A stretch of 40,492 nt of DNA from Marinilabiliales bacterium (GCA_002869465.1 PKSW01000392.1:1-40492); one strand, 5' to 3'; positions 8,967 through 18,517 are shown, counted from the stretch's first letter. Numbers and translations: made by a program. Notes: generated by a model not told the origin, from the letters alone.

Positions 8967-10460
8967 TCATTCAGACACTCTTTTTAACCCTTCGCGGGCT
9001 CTACTATGGATACTATTCCGGTATTGCTTGTAATCCATATTAAGGCAGGTTGCGTAAGCATCTTTTGCAGATGACAAATTTCCTTCAGCCTCATATATTT
9101 CACCAAGCTTAAGTGCAGCATTAGCAGCATAATAGTTATCTGTTACCTCACTGAAATCAATAGTAGTTTTATAAAATTTCTTTGCTTTTTCAATATACTT
9201 CATTTGGTGGTACACCCTCGCAACCCTGTATTTAAAACTGACTTTTTCCTCATCCGAGAAGTTAGACGTATCAGTTTCATTTAATATCTGCAAAGCATCC
9301 GAATAATAGCCTCCGTCAAATAATATTCTTGAGAGTAAAAGGTCTTTTCCAAGTAATTGCTCATTTTCGGCTTCTGTGAGTGCTTCTTGATCTATATCAA
9401 TTTTAGGTGCTCCTTTCAAAATAACCGCCTCCATATATTCATGGTACAATAAAGTATCCTGCAACATAAATGCAGCCCAGGCTTTTTTTCTCCAGGCATC
9501 TTTAATATAATTTTCACCTCTAAAATATGTTGTGAACAGGTCTAATTCATCAATTGACTCCTCAAATCTCCGGGCCCTAAGCAGACATTCTCCATGTAAA
9601 TAATTTATATAAAAGAAAGGATACATATTTTGATTGGCTGATTCCATCGAACGGATCAAATCCAGTGCTTTTTGGTTCTCACCTGTTCTCATGAGAAGAT
9701 TGATTTGAAGAAAAGTAATCAGTGTTACATCATTGTTAATACTTTCAGCTTCATTTATAAAATATGACAGTTTTTTCTGGTCAGGGTGGATATTCATTTC
9801 TATAAAAGCACTATAGAACAAAGCTTCATAATAATATGGGGCATACAGTGAATCTGATTTGGTCACTGATAAAAAACCATCAAGTTGTTTTTTACCTTTT
9901 TCAATATCGCCTTTCATGGATAACAATCCCAAAAACCAGTTGTATTGTTGAGGAACCAGTCCAACAATAATTTTCAAAACTGACAGAGATAAATTATTTA
10001 GCTGGAAATCAGGGAATTCACGAGTATTATCTTCAATCAAGTGATAAGCACTATTGACTTCAAAGGCGGCAGAGATGTAGTCTCCAAACATGATTTTGAG
10101 CACAGCCCATTGCAGATGCATATTTCCCAACATCCATTTCTTATAACGGCAGGTATCATCTAGCTTTTCAACTTCATTGAAATATTTAGATTTGGAACTC
10201 TTCAGTTCATTATATAACGCCCTATCCTGGCTAACAAACAGACTCACGAAACTAATATAATTTTCCAAATAAGGAACATAGGCATTACCGGTATCGGATT
10301 TTGTTTCCTGGCTTAATAATGAACCGGCCGAATCAAGATGCAGCGCCAGTATTTGTTTATAAGCCTGCTGGCAATTTGTATTAAATGATACGTTTTGACC
10401 CGACAAAAAATGGCTACTGACAAAAAATATAAAGAAGAAAATGATAGCTTGCTTTTTCAT
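8967..10460 (-). CDS. secreted helical-repeat (TPR-like) protein, function unknown
   Basis: Signal peptide MKKQAIIFFFIFFVSSHFLSGQ. All-helical repeat character with a TPR-like C-terminus (YYAANAALKLGEIYEAEGNLSSAKDAYATCL). Confidence 0.55.
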   Translation of the reverse strand: MKKQAIIFFFIFFVSSHFLSGQNVSFNTNCQQAYKQILALHLDSAGSLLSQETKSDTGNAYVPYLENYISFVSLFVSQDRALYNELKSSKSKYFNEVEKLDDTCRYKKWMLGNMHLQWAVLKIMFGDYISAAFEVNSAYHLIEDNTREFPDFQLNNLSLSVLKIIVGLVPQQYNWFLGLLSMKGDIEKGKKQLDGFLSVTKSDSLYAPYYYEALFYSAFIEMNIHPDQKKLSYFINEAESINNDVTLITFLQINLLMRTGENQKALDLIRSMESANQNMYPFFYINYLHGECLLRARRFEESIDELDLFTTYFRGENYIKDAWRKKAWAAFMLQDTLLYHEYMEAVILKGAPKIDIDQEALTEAENEQLLGKDLLLSRILFDGGYYSDALQILNETDTSNFSDEEKVSFKYRVARVYHQMKYIEKAKKFYKTTIDFSEVTDNYYAANAALKLGEIYEAEGNLSSAKDAYATCLNMDYKQYRNSIHSRAREGLKRVSE

Positions 10461-10489
10461 AATTCGGATAAATCAACAGCTTGTGCATG

Positions 10490-10534
10490 TAAAAATAAAA
10501 AAAAGGAACCTGATTCGTCAAGTTCCTTTTTTTC
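10490..10534 (-). terminator. intrinsic terminator (bidirectional design) after the zinc-ribbon gene
   Basis: AGGAACCTGA-TTCG-TCAAGTTCCT hairpin (10504-10527): 9 of 10 stem pairs with a UUCG-type tetraloop. It is flanked by an A-run upstream and a T-run downstream, so it reads as hairpin plus U-tract on both strands. Confidence 0.65.
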
Positions 10535-10549
10535 GTTACAATAAACTGA

Positions 10550-11317
10550 TTAATTTTCTTCTATGTTCTGTACCTCATTGTCGACTAAGATACGGCCGCA
10601 GTATTCGCAAACGATGATCTTTTTATGCATCTTAATATCTAACTGGTGCTGGGGAGGTATTTTATTGAAACATCCACCACAGGCATCACGCTCAATTTGC
10701 ACAACCGCCAAACCATTCCTGGCATTTTCCCTGATTCTTTTATAGGCAGTTAAAAGTCTTTCCTCAATAAGTTTCTCATTGTCTTTTGACTTCTTAATCA
10801 TATCCTTCTCTTCCTTCTCCGTTTCCTTCACTATATCGTTAAGTTCTGCTTTTTTCGCATCGAGATCGAGGTTTTTTTCTTTTAATCGATCGGTGGCATC
10901 TGCAATTTCAGCATCAATATTTTCAATTTTAAACCTGGATTCTTTAATCTGTTTTTCTGACAGTTGAATTTCCAGTTTCTGAAATTCGATTTCTTTGCTT
11001 AAAGAGTCATATTCACGATTATTTCTGACATTCATCTGCTGCTCTTCATATTTTTTGATCATCGCCTGGCAACTTTTCATCAAGTCTTCTTTTTCACTGA
11101 TGGTTATCTTCAGATTTTCAACTTCCTGTTTAAATTTGTCAATTCTTGTTTGAAGTCCGGCAATTTCATCCTCAAGGTCTTCCACCTCAAGAGGCAATTC
11201 GCCTCTTACAATTTTTATTTTATCAATTTGGGTATCTATTTGTTGTAAATTGTATAAAGCTTTGAGTTTTCTCTCAACGCTTACATCTTCAATTTCTTCT
11301 TTTTTAGTTTTCGCCAT
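10550..11317 (-). CDS. coiled-coil plus C4 zinc-ribbon protein (COG1579-type, usual Nif3 partner)
   Basis: Long heptad-rich K/E region, then CGGCFNKIPPQ...VCEYCGRILV (CxxC...CxxC). Lies 21 nt downstream of the Nif3-like gene on the same strand. Confidence 0.8.
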   Translation of the reverse strand: MAKTKKEEIEDVSVERKLKALYNLQQIDTQIDKIKIVRGELPLEVEDLEDEIAGLQTRIDKFKQEVENLKITISEKEDLMKSCQAMIKKYEEQQMNVRNNREYDSLSKEIEFQKLEIQLSEKQIKESRFKIENIDAEIADATDRLKEKNLDLDAKKAELNDIVKETEKEEKDMIKKSKDNEKLIEERLLTAYKRIRENARNGLAVVQIERDACGGCFNKIPPQHQLDIKMHKKIIVCEYCGRILVDNEVQNIEEN

Positions 11318-11338
11318 AATGCAAATATTTTCTAATGT

Positions 11339-12433
11339 TTACAGGAAATAAATCGGATTTGTTCTTGCTTTTGAAATTTGGAGTGCAAAATTAGGAAATT
11401 TTCCGTTCAATCTATCATATAAAAGTTCTTTTGTAAATTGTTCTGTTTCAAAATGCCCGGCATCCACGATGGTCATTTCTCCTGCATGTTCAAAAAAATC
11501 GTGGTATTTCACATCTCCGGTAATAAAAACATCAGCATTGGCCTTGTATGCATTATGTATTAAAAAGCTGCCACTACCGCCACAAATTGCCACTTTCTTT
11601 ATTTTTCTTTTTATAAATGATGAATGCCTGATGCAAGATGCATTTAATTTTCTTTTAACCATTTGAAGGAAATCTTCAGGATCGGACTCAATGTCCAGCT
11701 CTCCAATCATACCTGCACCTGTATTTTTTTGTTCATTTGATAGCGGATAAATATCATAAGCGACTTCTTCGTAAGGATGCACCTGTATCATGGCAGCAAC
11801 AACCTGTTGCGTCAGGTAGGAGGGAAGCACGACCTCAATTTTCAACTCTTCTTCCTTGTGTAATTTATCAATCTCGCCAACAAATGGATCTGCACCTTCC
11901 TGAGCCTTAAATGTTCCATAACCGGCACTATTAAAACTGCATGAATTATAGTTGCCAATATTTCCGGCCCCGGCATCAAACATGGCTTGCTGAACATTTT
12001 CTACATGACTGACCGGACAAAAAACGACCAGTTTATGCAATGTACCGCTCATTGGAGCGAGTATTTGAAGTTTTTGAAGGCCGAGTGTTTCCGCCAACTT
12101 TGCGTTCACTCCCTCAGCGATGTTGTCGAGATTTGTGTGAATGGCATACAATGCAATATCTTCTTTTATTAACTTTGCAATTATGGCGCCGATGCCAGAT
12201 TTTGTATTGATTTTTTTCAGCGAATTGAATATGAGCGGATGATGTGCGACAATCATATTACATTCATTTTCAACGGCTTCTTTTACAACCTCATCGGTTA
12301 CGTCCAGGGTTATTAATGCTTTGGATACATTTTGACTGCCATGACCGATATGCAGTCCAGAGTTATCATAGGCTTCCTGTAAACCCAGGGGTGCGAATTG
12401 TTCAAGAAAAGATGTGATCTCAGAAACTTTCAT
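11339..12433 (-). CDS. Nif3-like dinuclear metal centre protein (YbgI/YqfO family)
   Basis: N-terminal AYDNSGLHIG, LITLDVTDEVVKEA, MIVAHHPLIF. Has the inserted PII-like domain typical of the long YqfO form. C-terminal ITGDVKYHDF...DAGHFETE. Confidence 0.9.
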   Translation of the reverse strand: MKVSEITSFLEQFAPLGLQEAYDNSGLHIGHGSQNVSKALITLDVTDEVVKEAVENECNMIVAHHPLIFNSLKKINTKSGIGAIIAKLIKEDIALYAIHTNLDNIAEGVNAKLAETLGLQKLQILAPMSGTLHKLVVFCPVSHVENVQQAMFDAGAGNIGNYNSCSFNSAGYGTFKAQEGADPFVGEIDKLHKEEELKIEVVLPSYLTQQVVAAMIQVHPYEEVAYDIYPLSNEQKNTGAGMIGELDIESDPEDFLQMVKRKLNASCIRHSSFIKRKIKKVAICGGSGSFLIHNAYKANADVFITGDVKYHDFFEHAGEMTIVDAGHFETEQFTKELLYDRLNGKFPNFALQISKARTNPIYFL

Positions 12434-12580
12434 AATAAAGTAATTTATTCTGCTGATTGGATTTTGACATTTTTTTGTAAATTGCTGCTCTTATAATATC
12501 TGTGATATAGACAAGCAAGAAAACAGATAAAATTAAATGAATTTTATAAAGCGAAAAACAAAACAAAACAAAATTAGCAA

Positions 12581-13648
12581 ATGGTTACATGGAAATTCAT
12601 TTTATTTCCCTTTGCTTTAGCTTATGGCTTGGCAATTAGAATCAGAAACTGGCTGTTCAATGTCGGTATTCTTAAGGAGAAGGAATTTCAAATCCCCACC
12701 ATCGGTGTAGGAAATTTAGTTGTAGGCGGTACAGGCAAAACACCCTTTACTGAATACCTGGTGCGTTTATTGCAACATGATTACAAAATAGCTACGCTTT
12801 CGAGGGGATATGGAAGAAGCACCACAGGATTCAGATTGGTGGATCAGTTTTCGGATCATGAAGATGTAGGAGACGAACCCTTGCAGTATTCCCGCAAATT
12901 TGGTAATAAAATTACCGTTTCTGTTGATGAAAGCCGCAGAAACGGCATCCGCTTTTTAATGCAAAATGATCAAAGCCTGGATGTTATTTTATTGGATGAT
13001 TGTTTTCAACACAGGTATGTAAAACCGGGTATTACGATTCTGCTCACAGAATATCACAATCTGTTTGTTGAGGATTATTTTTTACCGGTTGGCAGGCTAA
13101 GGGACAGCATCTCTTCAGCCAAACGTGCTGACATTATTATCGTAACCAAAACTTACAAAGTACTTTCACCCATTACCCGCCGCAGAATTGATGATTTGTT
13201 AAAACCCGAACCTCATCAAAAAATATATTATTCCTATTTAAATTATGGCGATCTGGTGCCTTTACCTGGCACAAAAGAGGAAATACCATCAAAAAAAGCA
13301 ACTACAATCGTTATGTTCAGCGGTGTGGCAAATCCTGAGCCGTTTAAAGATTTTTTACGCGACCAATGCTCAGAATTGATCTGTCATGATTTTCCTGATC
13401 ATCATATATTTAAAAAGAAAGACCTGCAGATGATCCGAGAAAAATTTACAGATTTATTTACACGATCGAAAATTATTGTTACGACTGAAAAAGATGCGAT
13501 GCGGTTGTTAAAATCTCCATATCTTAGCGAATTCAAAGATTTACCGGTATTTTATATTCCTATTGAAGTAAAATTACACGGCACGGATGAATCAGAATTT
13601 GCAAACCAAATTTTTAAATATGTTGAAGAAAATAGAAGAAACAGTTAA
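12581..13648 (+). CDS. lpxK: tetraacyldisaccharide 4'-kinase
   Basis: N-terminal membrane helix, P-loop VGNLVVGGTGKTPFTEYL, LSRGYGR, ILLDDCFQH. Confidence 0.9.
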   Translation: MVTWKFILFPFALAYGLAIRIRNWLFNVGILKEKEFQIPTIGVGNLVVGGTGKTPFTEYLVRLLQHDYKIATLSRGYGRSTTGFRLVDQFSDHEDVGDEPLQYSRKFGNKITVSVDESRRNGIRFLMQNDQSLDVILLDDCFQHRYVKPGITILLTEYHNLFVEDYFLPVGRLRDSISSAKRADIIIVTKTYKVLSPITRRRIDDLLKPEPHQKIYYSYLNYGDLVPLPGTKEEIPSKKATTIVMFSGVANPEPFKDFLRDQCSELICHDFPDHHIFKKKDLQMIREKFTDLFTRSKIIVTTEKDAMRLLKSPYLSEFKDLPVFYIPIEVKLHGTDESEFANQIFKYVEENRRNS

Positions 13649-14435
13649 TTACATCAACAAAATAATTGCATCAAAACCTTTGGTGGGTATCATATTAGGT
13701 TCAGGATTGGGACAACTGGCCAATGAAATTGATGTTACCAGCAGAATTGCTTATTCTGACATTCCGAATTTTCCGGTTTCTACGGTCAAAGGACACGAAG
13801 GACATTTGATTTTCGGGAAGCTTAATGGAGTAGAAGTAGTAGCCATGCAAGGCCGGTTTCATTTCTACGAAGGTTATAGCATGGAAGAAGTTACTTTTCC
13901 GGTGCGTGTATTAAAGAAAGTAGGCATTCAATATTTATTTGTATCTAATGCCAGTGGCGGTGTAAATACAGATTTTGAAGTAGGTGACATCATGTTCATC
14001 ACCGATCACATTAATCTGATGCCAAATCCATTAATTGGAAAAAACAATAAAGAGTTAGGCCCCCGTTTTGTGGATATGAGCGAAGCCTACGATAATAATT
14101 TATTAAGCAAGGCCAAGAAAGTGGCCCGGCATAACAGTATCAACTATAAAACCGGAGTGTATGCGGCTGTGACCGGACCTACCTATGAGACCCTGGCCGA
14201 GTATAAATACATCAAAACTCTGGGCGCTGACGCGGTAGGTATGTCAACGGTACCTGAAGTGATAGTGGCACGCCATATGCGATTGCCGGTTTTTGCTGTT
14301 TCCGTCATATCTGATTTGGGGGTGGAGGGTAAAATTGTGGAAATTTCACATGATGAAGTTGTCGATGCAGCATCACTGGCAGCACCCAAACTGAATCGAA
14401 TCATAAAAGACCTGGTCAAAGAACTGGATAACTAA
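13620..14435 (+). CDS. purine nucleoside phosphorylase (trimeric PNP family)
   Basis: ILGSGLG, GHEGHLIFG, MQGRFHFYEGY, TGPTYETLAE, GADAVGMSTVPE. Start set at MLKKIEETV (13620), which still overlaps the lpxK 3' end by 29 nt. The ORF-track start is 13587. Confidence 0.9.
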   Translation: MLKKIEETVNYINKIIASKPLVGIILGSGLGQLANEIDVTSRIAYSDIPNFPVSTVKGHEGHLIFGKLNGVEVVAMQGRFHFYEGYSMEEVTFPVRVLKKVGIQYLFVSNASGGVNTDFEVGDIMFITDHINLMPNPLIGKNNKELGPRFVDMSEAYDNNLLSKAKKVARHNSINYKTGVYAAVTGPTYETLAEYKYIKTLGADAVGMSTVPEVIVARHMRLPVFAVSVISDLGVEGKIVEISHDEVVDAASLAAPKLNRIIKDLVKELDN

Positions 14436-14456
14436 TCAATTTCAGAAACTATCTCA

Positions 14457-15218
14457 TTGAAGCCTGTTAAAATATATTTCGCCTCTGATTTTCACTTGGG
14501 AATACCTGACTTTGAAAGAAGTTTGCAGAGAGAAAAGAAAATCGTTACATGGCTGGATGCGGCTACGAAAGATGCAACAGAGATATTTTTGATGGGGGAT
14601 ATTTTCGACTTCTGGTTTGAATACAATACGGTAGTTCCCAAAGGATATGTAAGATTATTGGGCAAAATTGCTGAAATAACTGACCGTGGCATTCCAGTGC
14701 ATCTTTTCAGGGGCAATCATGATGTTTGGGCGTTTGATTACCTGGAAAAAGAAGCAGGAATGACCCTGCACAGAAAACCGGTTTTAAGAAAATTTGATGG
14801 TAAAATATTTTTCCTGTCACACGGTGATGGTCTGGGTCCTGGCGATAATGGGTATAAATTTTTAAAGAAAGTATTTGAATTCAAACCCAACCAGTTTCTT
14901 TTTAACTGGCTGCATCCTGATATTGGTGCCCGGATGGGTCTGTATTTTTCCAAAAAAAGTCGGCTTGCCAATCTTTCAAAAGAAGGAAAATTGGAGACGA
15001 AAACAGGCCATCAGGATGAAATGCTATTTCAATATGCCGAAAGGAAGACCATAGAAAATCCTGAAATTGATTATTTGGTTTTCGGGCATCGCCATATTCC
15101 AATGCAGTTAAAAGTTGGTGAAAAAGCAGAAGTGGTTATTCTCGGCGACTGGATTTCACATTTCTCATATGGCATTTTTGAAAATGGAAAAATGGAATTA
15201 AAATTTTTCAAAGAATAG
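14457..15218 (+). CDS. lpxH: UDP-2,3-diacylglucosamine diphosphatase
   Basis: TTG start. Calcineurin-like metallophosphoesterase motifs YFASDFHLG, GDIFDFWFEY, GNHDVW, SHGDG, GHRH in the LpxH arrangement. Confidence 0.85.
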   Translation: MKPVKIYFASDFHLGIPDFERSLQREKKIVTWLDAATKDATEIFLMGDIFDFWFEYNTVVPKGYVRLLGKIAEITDRGIPVHLFRGNHDVWAFDYLEKEAGMTLHRKPVLRKFDGKIFFLSHGDGLGPGDNGYKFLKKVFEFKPNQFLFNWLHPDIGARMGLYFSKKSRLANLSKEGKLETKTGHQDEMLFQYAERKTIENPEIDYLVFGHRHIPMQLKVGEKAEVVILGDWISHFSYGIFENGKMELKFFKE

Positions 15219-16232
15219 TTACACAAACTTCTCAATTAATTCTACCAACCTCGTTGAGTAACCCATTTCATTATCATACCAGGCCACCACTTTTACCAGT
15301 TTATTTTTATCACCCAGCACAGCAGTAAGGTTGGAATCAAAAATAGCGGAATGTGTATTACCAATCACATCGGATGAAACGATCAAATCCTCGGTATACT
15401 GCAAAATACCCTTTAAACGTGATTCAGCGGCTTCCTTAAATGCTTTGTTGATAAGTTCCTTACTGGTAGATTTTTTTAATGTACAGGTTAAGTCGGTTAA
15501 TGATCCGTTAGGAACCGGTACACGGATACCTGCGCCACCCAGGTTGTTTTTTAAATGTGGAAATATCTTCGTTGAAGCTTTTGCTGCACCTGTTGTTGTA
15601 GGTACAATTGAATATGCTGCTGCACGTCCCCTCCGCCAGTCTTTATGAGGTCCATCCACCAGGTTCTGATCTTTGGTATAAGAGTGGACAGTGGTCATAA
15701 AGCCCTTTTCAATGCCCCATAACTCATCGAGAATCATAATTAGCGGTGCCACATTATTTGTAGTACAGGAGGCATTTGAAATAATCACATCCTTTTTATC
15801 AATGATGTGATCGTTAACGCCAAGCACAACATATTTTACATCATCCTGTTCGCCTTTGGCAGGTGCTGAAATGATTACTTTCCTTGCACCTGAATCGTTT
15901 ACATGCTTAATGGCTTCATTCCTTTCTACAAATTGCCCGGTTGATTCAATCACCACATCAATATCCAACTCACGCCAGGGTAATTTGGAAGGGTCGGGTT
16001 CCGCGAACACTTTGACCTTTTCGCCATTCACTTCAATATGATCATTATTGAATGCCACTTCTCCATCAAACTGTCGTTGCACTGAATCATACTTAAGCAG
16101 ATGGGCTAGATTAGCAGCATCTGTAATATCATTAATAGCTACAACTTTCATATTATTCTTTTCGAGAATTTTTCGGAAAGTGACTCTTCCTATACGTCCA
16201 AATCCGTTTATTGCAACTCTTGTTTCTTTCAT
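15219..16232 (-). CDS. gap: type I glyceraldehyde-3-phosphate dehydrogenase
   Basis: INGFGRIGR, SNASCTTN active-site Cys, WYDNEMGYS. Confidence 0.95.
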   Translation of the reverse strand: MKETRVAINGFGRIGRVTFRKILEKNNMKVVAINDITDAANLAHLLKYDSVQRQFDGEVAFNNDHIEVNGEKVKVFAEPDPSKLPWRELDIDVVIESTGQFVERNEAIKHVNDSGARKVIISAPAKGEQDDVKYVVLGVNDHIIDKKDVIISNASCTTNNVAPLIMILDELWGIEKGFMTTVHSYTKDQNLVDGPHKDWRRGRAAAYSIVPTTTGAAKASTKIFPHLKNNLGGAGIRVPVPNGSLTDLTCTLKKSTSKELINKAFKEAAESRLKGILQYTEDLIVSSDVIGNTHSAIFDSNLTAVLGDKNKLVKVVAWYDNEMGYSTRLVELIEKFV

Positions 16233-16254
16233 TATGATGAAAATTTTTGCACAA

Positions 16255-16262
16255 CAAAAGTA
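16255..16262 (-). promoter_or_regulatory. -7 promoter box TACTTTTG for gap
   Basis: Plus strand caaaagta, 22 nt upstream of the ATG at 16232. Confidence 0.45.
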
Positions 16263-16329
16263 AATAAAACCATAAGTACAGTTACTATTATTTACATTTC
16301 AAAAGAGGTATAACGGATCATAATTTTCT

Positions 16330-16337
16330 TAGTTTTG
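16330..16337 (+). promoter_or_regulatory. -7 promoter box TAGTTTTG for the HAD hydrolase gene
   Basis: Exact TAnnTTTG, 13 nt before the ATG at 16351. Confidence 0.45.
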
Positions 16338-16350
16338 CGACGCAGATTTT

Positions 16351-17049
16351 ATGCAAAAGAAATATAGACATATTTTTTTCGACCTCGACAGAACGCTTTG
16401 GGATTTTGAGGCCACTGCCCGGGAGGCATTCAAGGATATTTACACAAGATTTAAGTTATTGGATATAGGCGTTAGTGATGTTGAGACATTTAAAGATCAA
16501 TATAACCATCACAATGAAATATTGTGGACGCAATACAGGGAAGGAAGACTTACCAAAGATATATTGCGTGGATTACGTTTTAAACTAACACTTAAAGAAT
16601 TTGGAATTGACAATGATGAACTGGCACAACAAATAGGTCAGCATTATGTACAGATAAGTCCCTTACTGGTGAACTTATTCCCGAACACGCACGAAATAAT
16701 GGCCTATCTGAATCCCAAATATCAATTGCATATCATTACCAATGGCTTTAGTGAGGTTCAGTTTACCAAACTCAAAGAATCGGATTTACGTAAATATTTT
16801 AACCAGGTGATTACTTCGGAAAAAGCGGGTGTTAAAAAACCGGATGCCAAAATATTTGAGTATGCACTGGAACAAGCCAATGCAAAGATAGATGAGAGTA
16901 TCATGATCGGTGATGATCCGGAAGTAGATATTTTGGGCGCTAAAAATATAGGGATGGACCAAGTGTTGTTCGATCCGTATGCTAAATTACAGCAGAATGG
17001 GGCTACTTATTACATTAACGACCTGATAGAATTGGAGAAGTATCTTTAA
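16351..17049 (+). CDS. HAD-IA family hydrolase (YjjG-like nucleotidase)
   Basis: FFDLDRTLWDF (DxD nucleophile motif), ITNG, KKPD, MIGDD. Confidence 0.8.
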   Translation: MQKKYRHIFFDLDRTLWDFEATAREAFKDIYTRFKLLDIGVSDVETFKDQYNHHNEILWTQYREGRLTKDILRGLRFKLTLKEFGIDNDELAQQIGQHYVQISPLLVNLFPNTHEIMAYLNPKYQLHIITNGFSEVQFTKLKESDLRKYFNQVITSEKAGVKKPDAKIFEYALEQANAKIDESIMIGDDPEVDILGAKNIGMDQVLFDPYAKLQQNGATYYINDLIELEKYL

Positions 17050-17708
17050 CTTTGCTTAAATTCGGCTATAACTGTTAGCTGGGCCTTAACTTTGTCATTC
17101 AGCTTTACTTTTACATCAACATCAAGCGGTAAATAAAAGTCAACCCTTGAGCCGAAACGAATAATCCCAAATTCTTCGCCCTGTTCAGCAATATCTTTTT
17201 CCTTTGTATAACTGATAATACGCCGCGCCATAACCCCGGCAATTTGCCGCATCATGATATTTTTTCCAGGCTCTTTTTCAATAACAATGCTGTTCCTTTC
17301 ATTTAGTTCAGACGACTTGGGATGATAAGCCACCAGGTATTTGCCTTCGTGATATTTTACATATTTCACTTTACCGCTAAAAGGATACCAATTGATATGC
17401 ACGTTGAAGGGTGACATAAATACCGAAATAAGCAAGCGGTTTTCCTTAAAATATTCTTCTTCGTAAGTTTCTTCGATGGCTACAATTGTTCCATCTGCTG
17501 ACGATAAAATATGATTTACCCCCGTGTTCACTGTTCTTTGTGGATAACGGAAGAAACGCATAGTCCATAGCAGGTGAATGAAGAATCCCAGGTAAAAAAA
17601 GTAACGTACATAAATATAGGGTATCAACCATGCCACTAACATGGACAAAACGATCAGAATAAGAAATGTGATCAGTATTATTTTATACCCCTCTTTATGG
17701 ATTCTCAT
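17046..17708 (-). CDS. psd: phosphatidylserine decarboxylase family proenzyme (short form)
   Basis: N-terminal membrane helices, FMSPFNVHINW, and the self-cleavage site context GIIRFGSRVD. Confidence 0.9.
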   Translation of the reverse strand: MRIHKEGYKIILITFLILIVLSMLVAWLIPYIYVRYFFYLGFFIHLLWTMRFFRYPQRTVNTGVNHILSSADGTIVAIEETYEEEYFKENRLLISVFMSPFNVHINWYPFSGKVKYVKYHEGKYLVAYHPKSSELNERNSIVIEKEPGKNIMMRQIAGVMARRIISYTKEKDIAEQGEEFGIIRFGSRVDFYLPLDVDVKVKLNDKVKAQLTVIAEFKQS

Positions 17709-18517
17709 TATAAAATAAATTTTAAATAAATAAAGACAAAAGGTGTCGCAAATAACACCGCGTCAAACCTGTCGAGCACACCACCATGCCCAGGCATTAA
17801 ATTTCCTGAGTCTTTTACGCCAGCATTTCTTTTTAACATAGACTCCGAAAGATCACCGATAGTTGCAGTTACAACAATAACTGTCGCTAATACCAACCAT
17901 TCTGTTACACTTAAAGACTTAGAAAACAATGACATTACATATGCAGAAAGCAGTGCAAAAAGCAATCCTCCGAAAAACCCTTCCCATGTCTTTTTTGGAG
18001 AAATTCTTTCAAATAATTTATGCTTACCAAAAAATGAACCCGTCAAATAAGCAAAAATGTCGTTGCACCACACAATGACGAGCATACTTACAAGCAGAAA
18101 TCCCGGAAAGGATTCATGGTATGAAAATGCAAAGAAAGTATTCAGTAATCCAAAAGGAACAGCTACGTAAAAATATCCTGTGAAAATTGAACCGATATGA
18201 TACCAGTTGATTTCTTTTTCATATAACTGGAAGGTAATTACTAACGGAAATATTAGAAAAATAAATAAGGCATAGGTTATATCTGCTTTACCAATCCCTA
18301 TGAATGCCAACAATCCATATAACAGAAGTCCGATAAAGACGAAGATCATTTTATTCGCTTTACCTGCTATTCCCGTTAAAGTATAATACTCATATAAACC
18401 TATGACGGTGAATACGCCAAAAACAAAAAGAAATGCAATGGGGTGAAGCAGGATAGAACCGATAACTACGATCAGAAATACAATTCCCGATAACGTTCTG
18501 ATCAGAATTTCTTTCAA
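17708..18517 (-). CDS. cdsA: phosphatidate cytidylyltransferase
   Basis: TTG start. Polytopic protein. CDS signature SMLKRNAGVKDSGNLMPGHGGVLDRFD. Its stop overlaps the psd start (TAATG on the minus strand). Confidence 0.9.
   Translation of the reverse strand: MKEILIRTLSGIVFLIVVIGSILLHPIAFLFVFGVFTVIGLYEYYTLTGIAGKANKMIFVFIGLLLYGLLAFIGIGKADITYALFIFLIFPLVITFQLYEKEINWYHIGSIFTGYFYVAVPFGLLNTFFAFSYHESFPGFLLVSMLVIVWCNDIFAYLTGSFFGKHKLFERISPKKTWEGFFGGLLFALLSAYVMSLFSKSLSVTEWLVLATVIVVTATIGDLSESMLKRNAGVKDSGNLMPGHGGVLDRFDAVLFATPFVFIYLKFIL

Noticed and set aside
10563-10967. Antisense ORFs 10563..10745(+) and 10779..10967(+) opposite the zinc-ribbon gene
   Set aside because: The Ser/Phe-rich translations are the mirror image of a Lys/Glu-rich coiled-coil gene. 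They have no independent start or promoter context.
12554-12573. (AAAAC)3 short tandem repeat just upstream of the lpxK start codon
   Set aside because: There are only three units in an A-rich leader. This is most simply an unstructured A-rich translation initiation region, common where Shine-Dalgarno sites are weak. There is no evidence of variability.
11469-16263. Short shadow ORFs within the Nif3-like gene, PNP, lpxH and gap (11469.., 11987.., 14183.., 14492.., 14738.., 14902.., 15331.., 15856.., 16048..)
   Set aside because: Each is nested in a confidently identified gene, is 61-105 aa long and has no recognisable motif.
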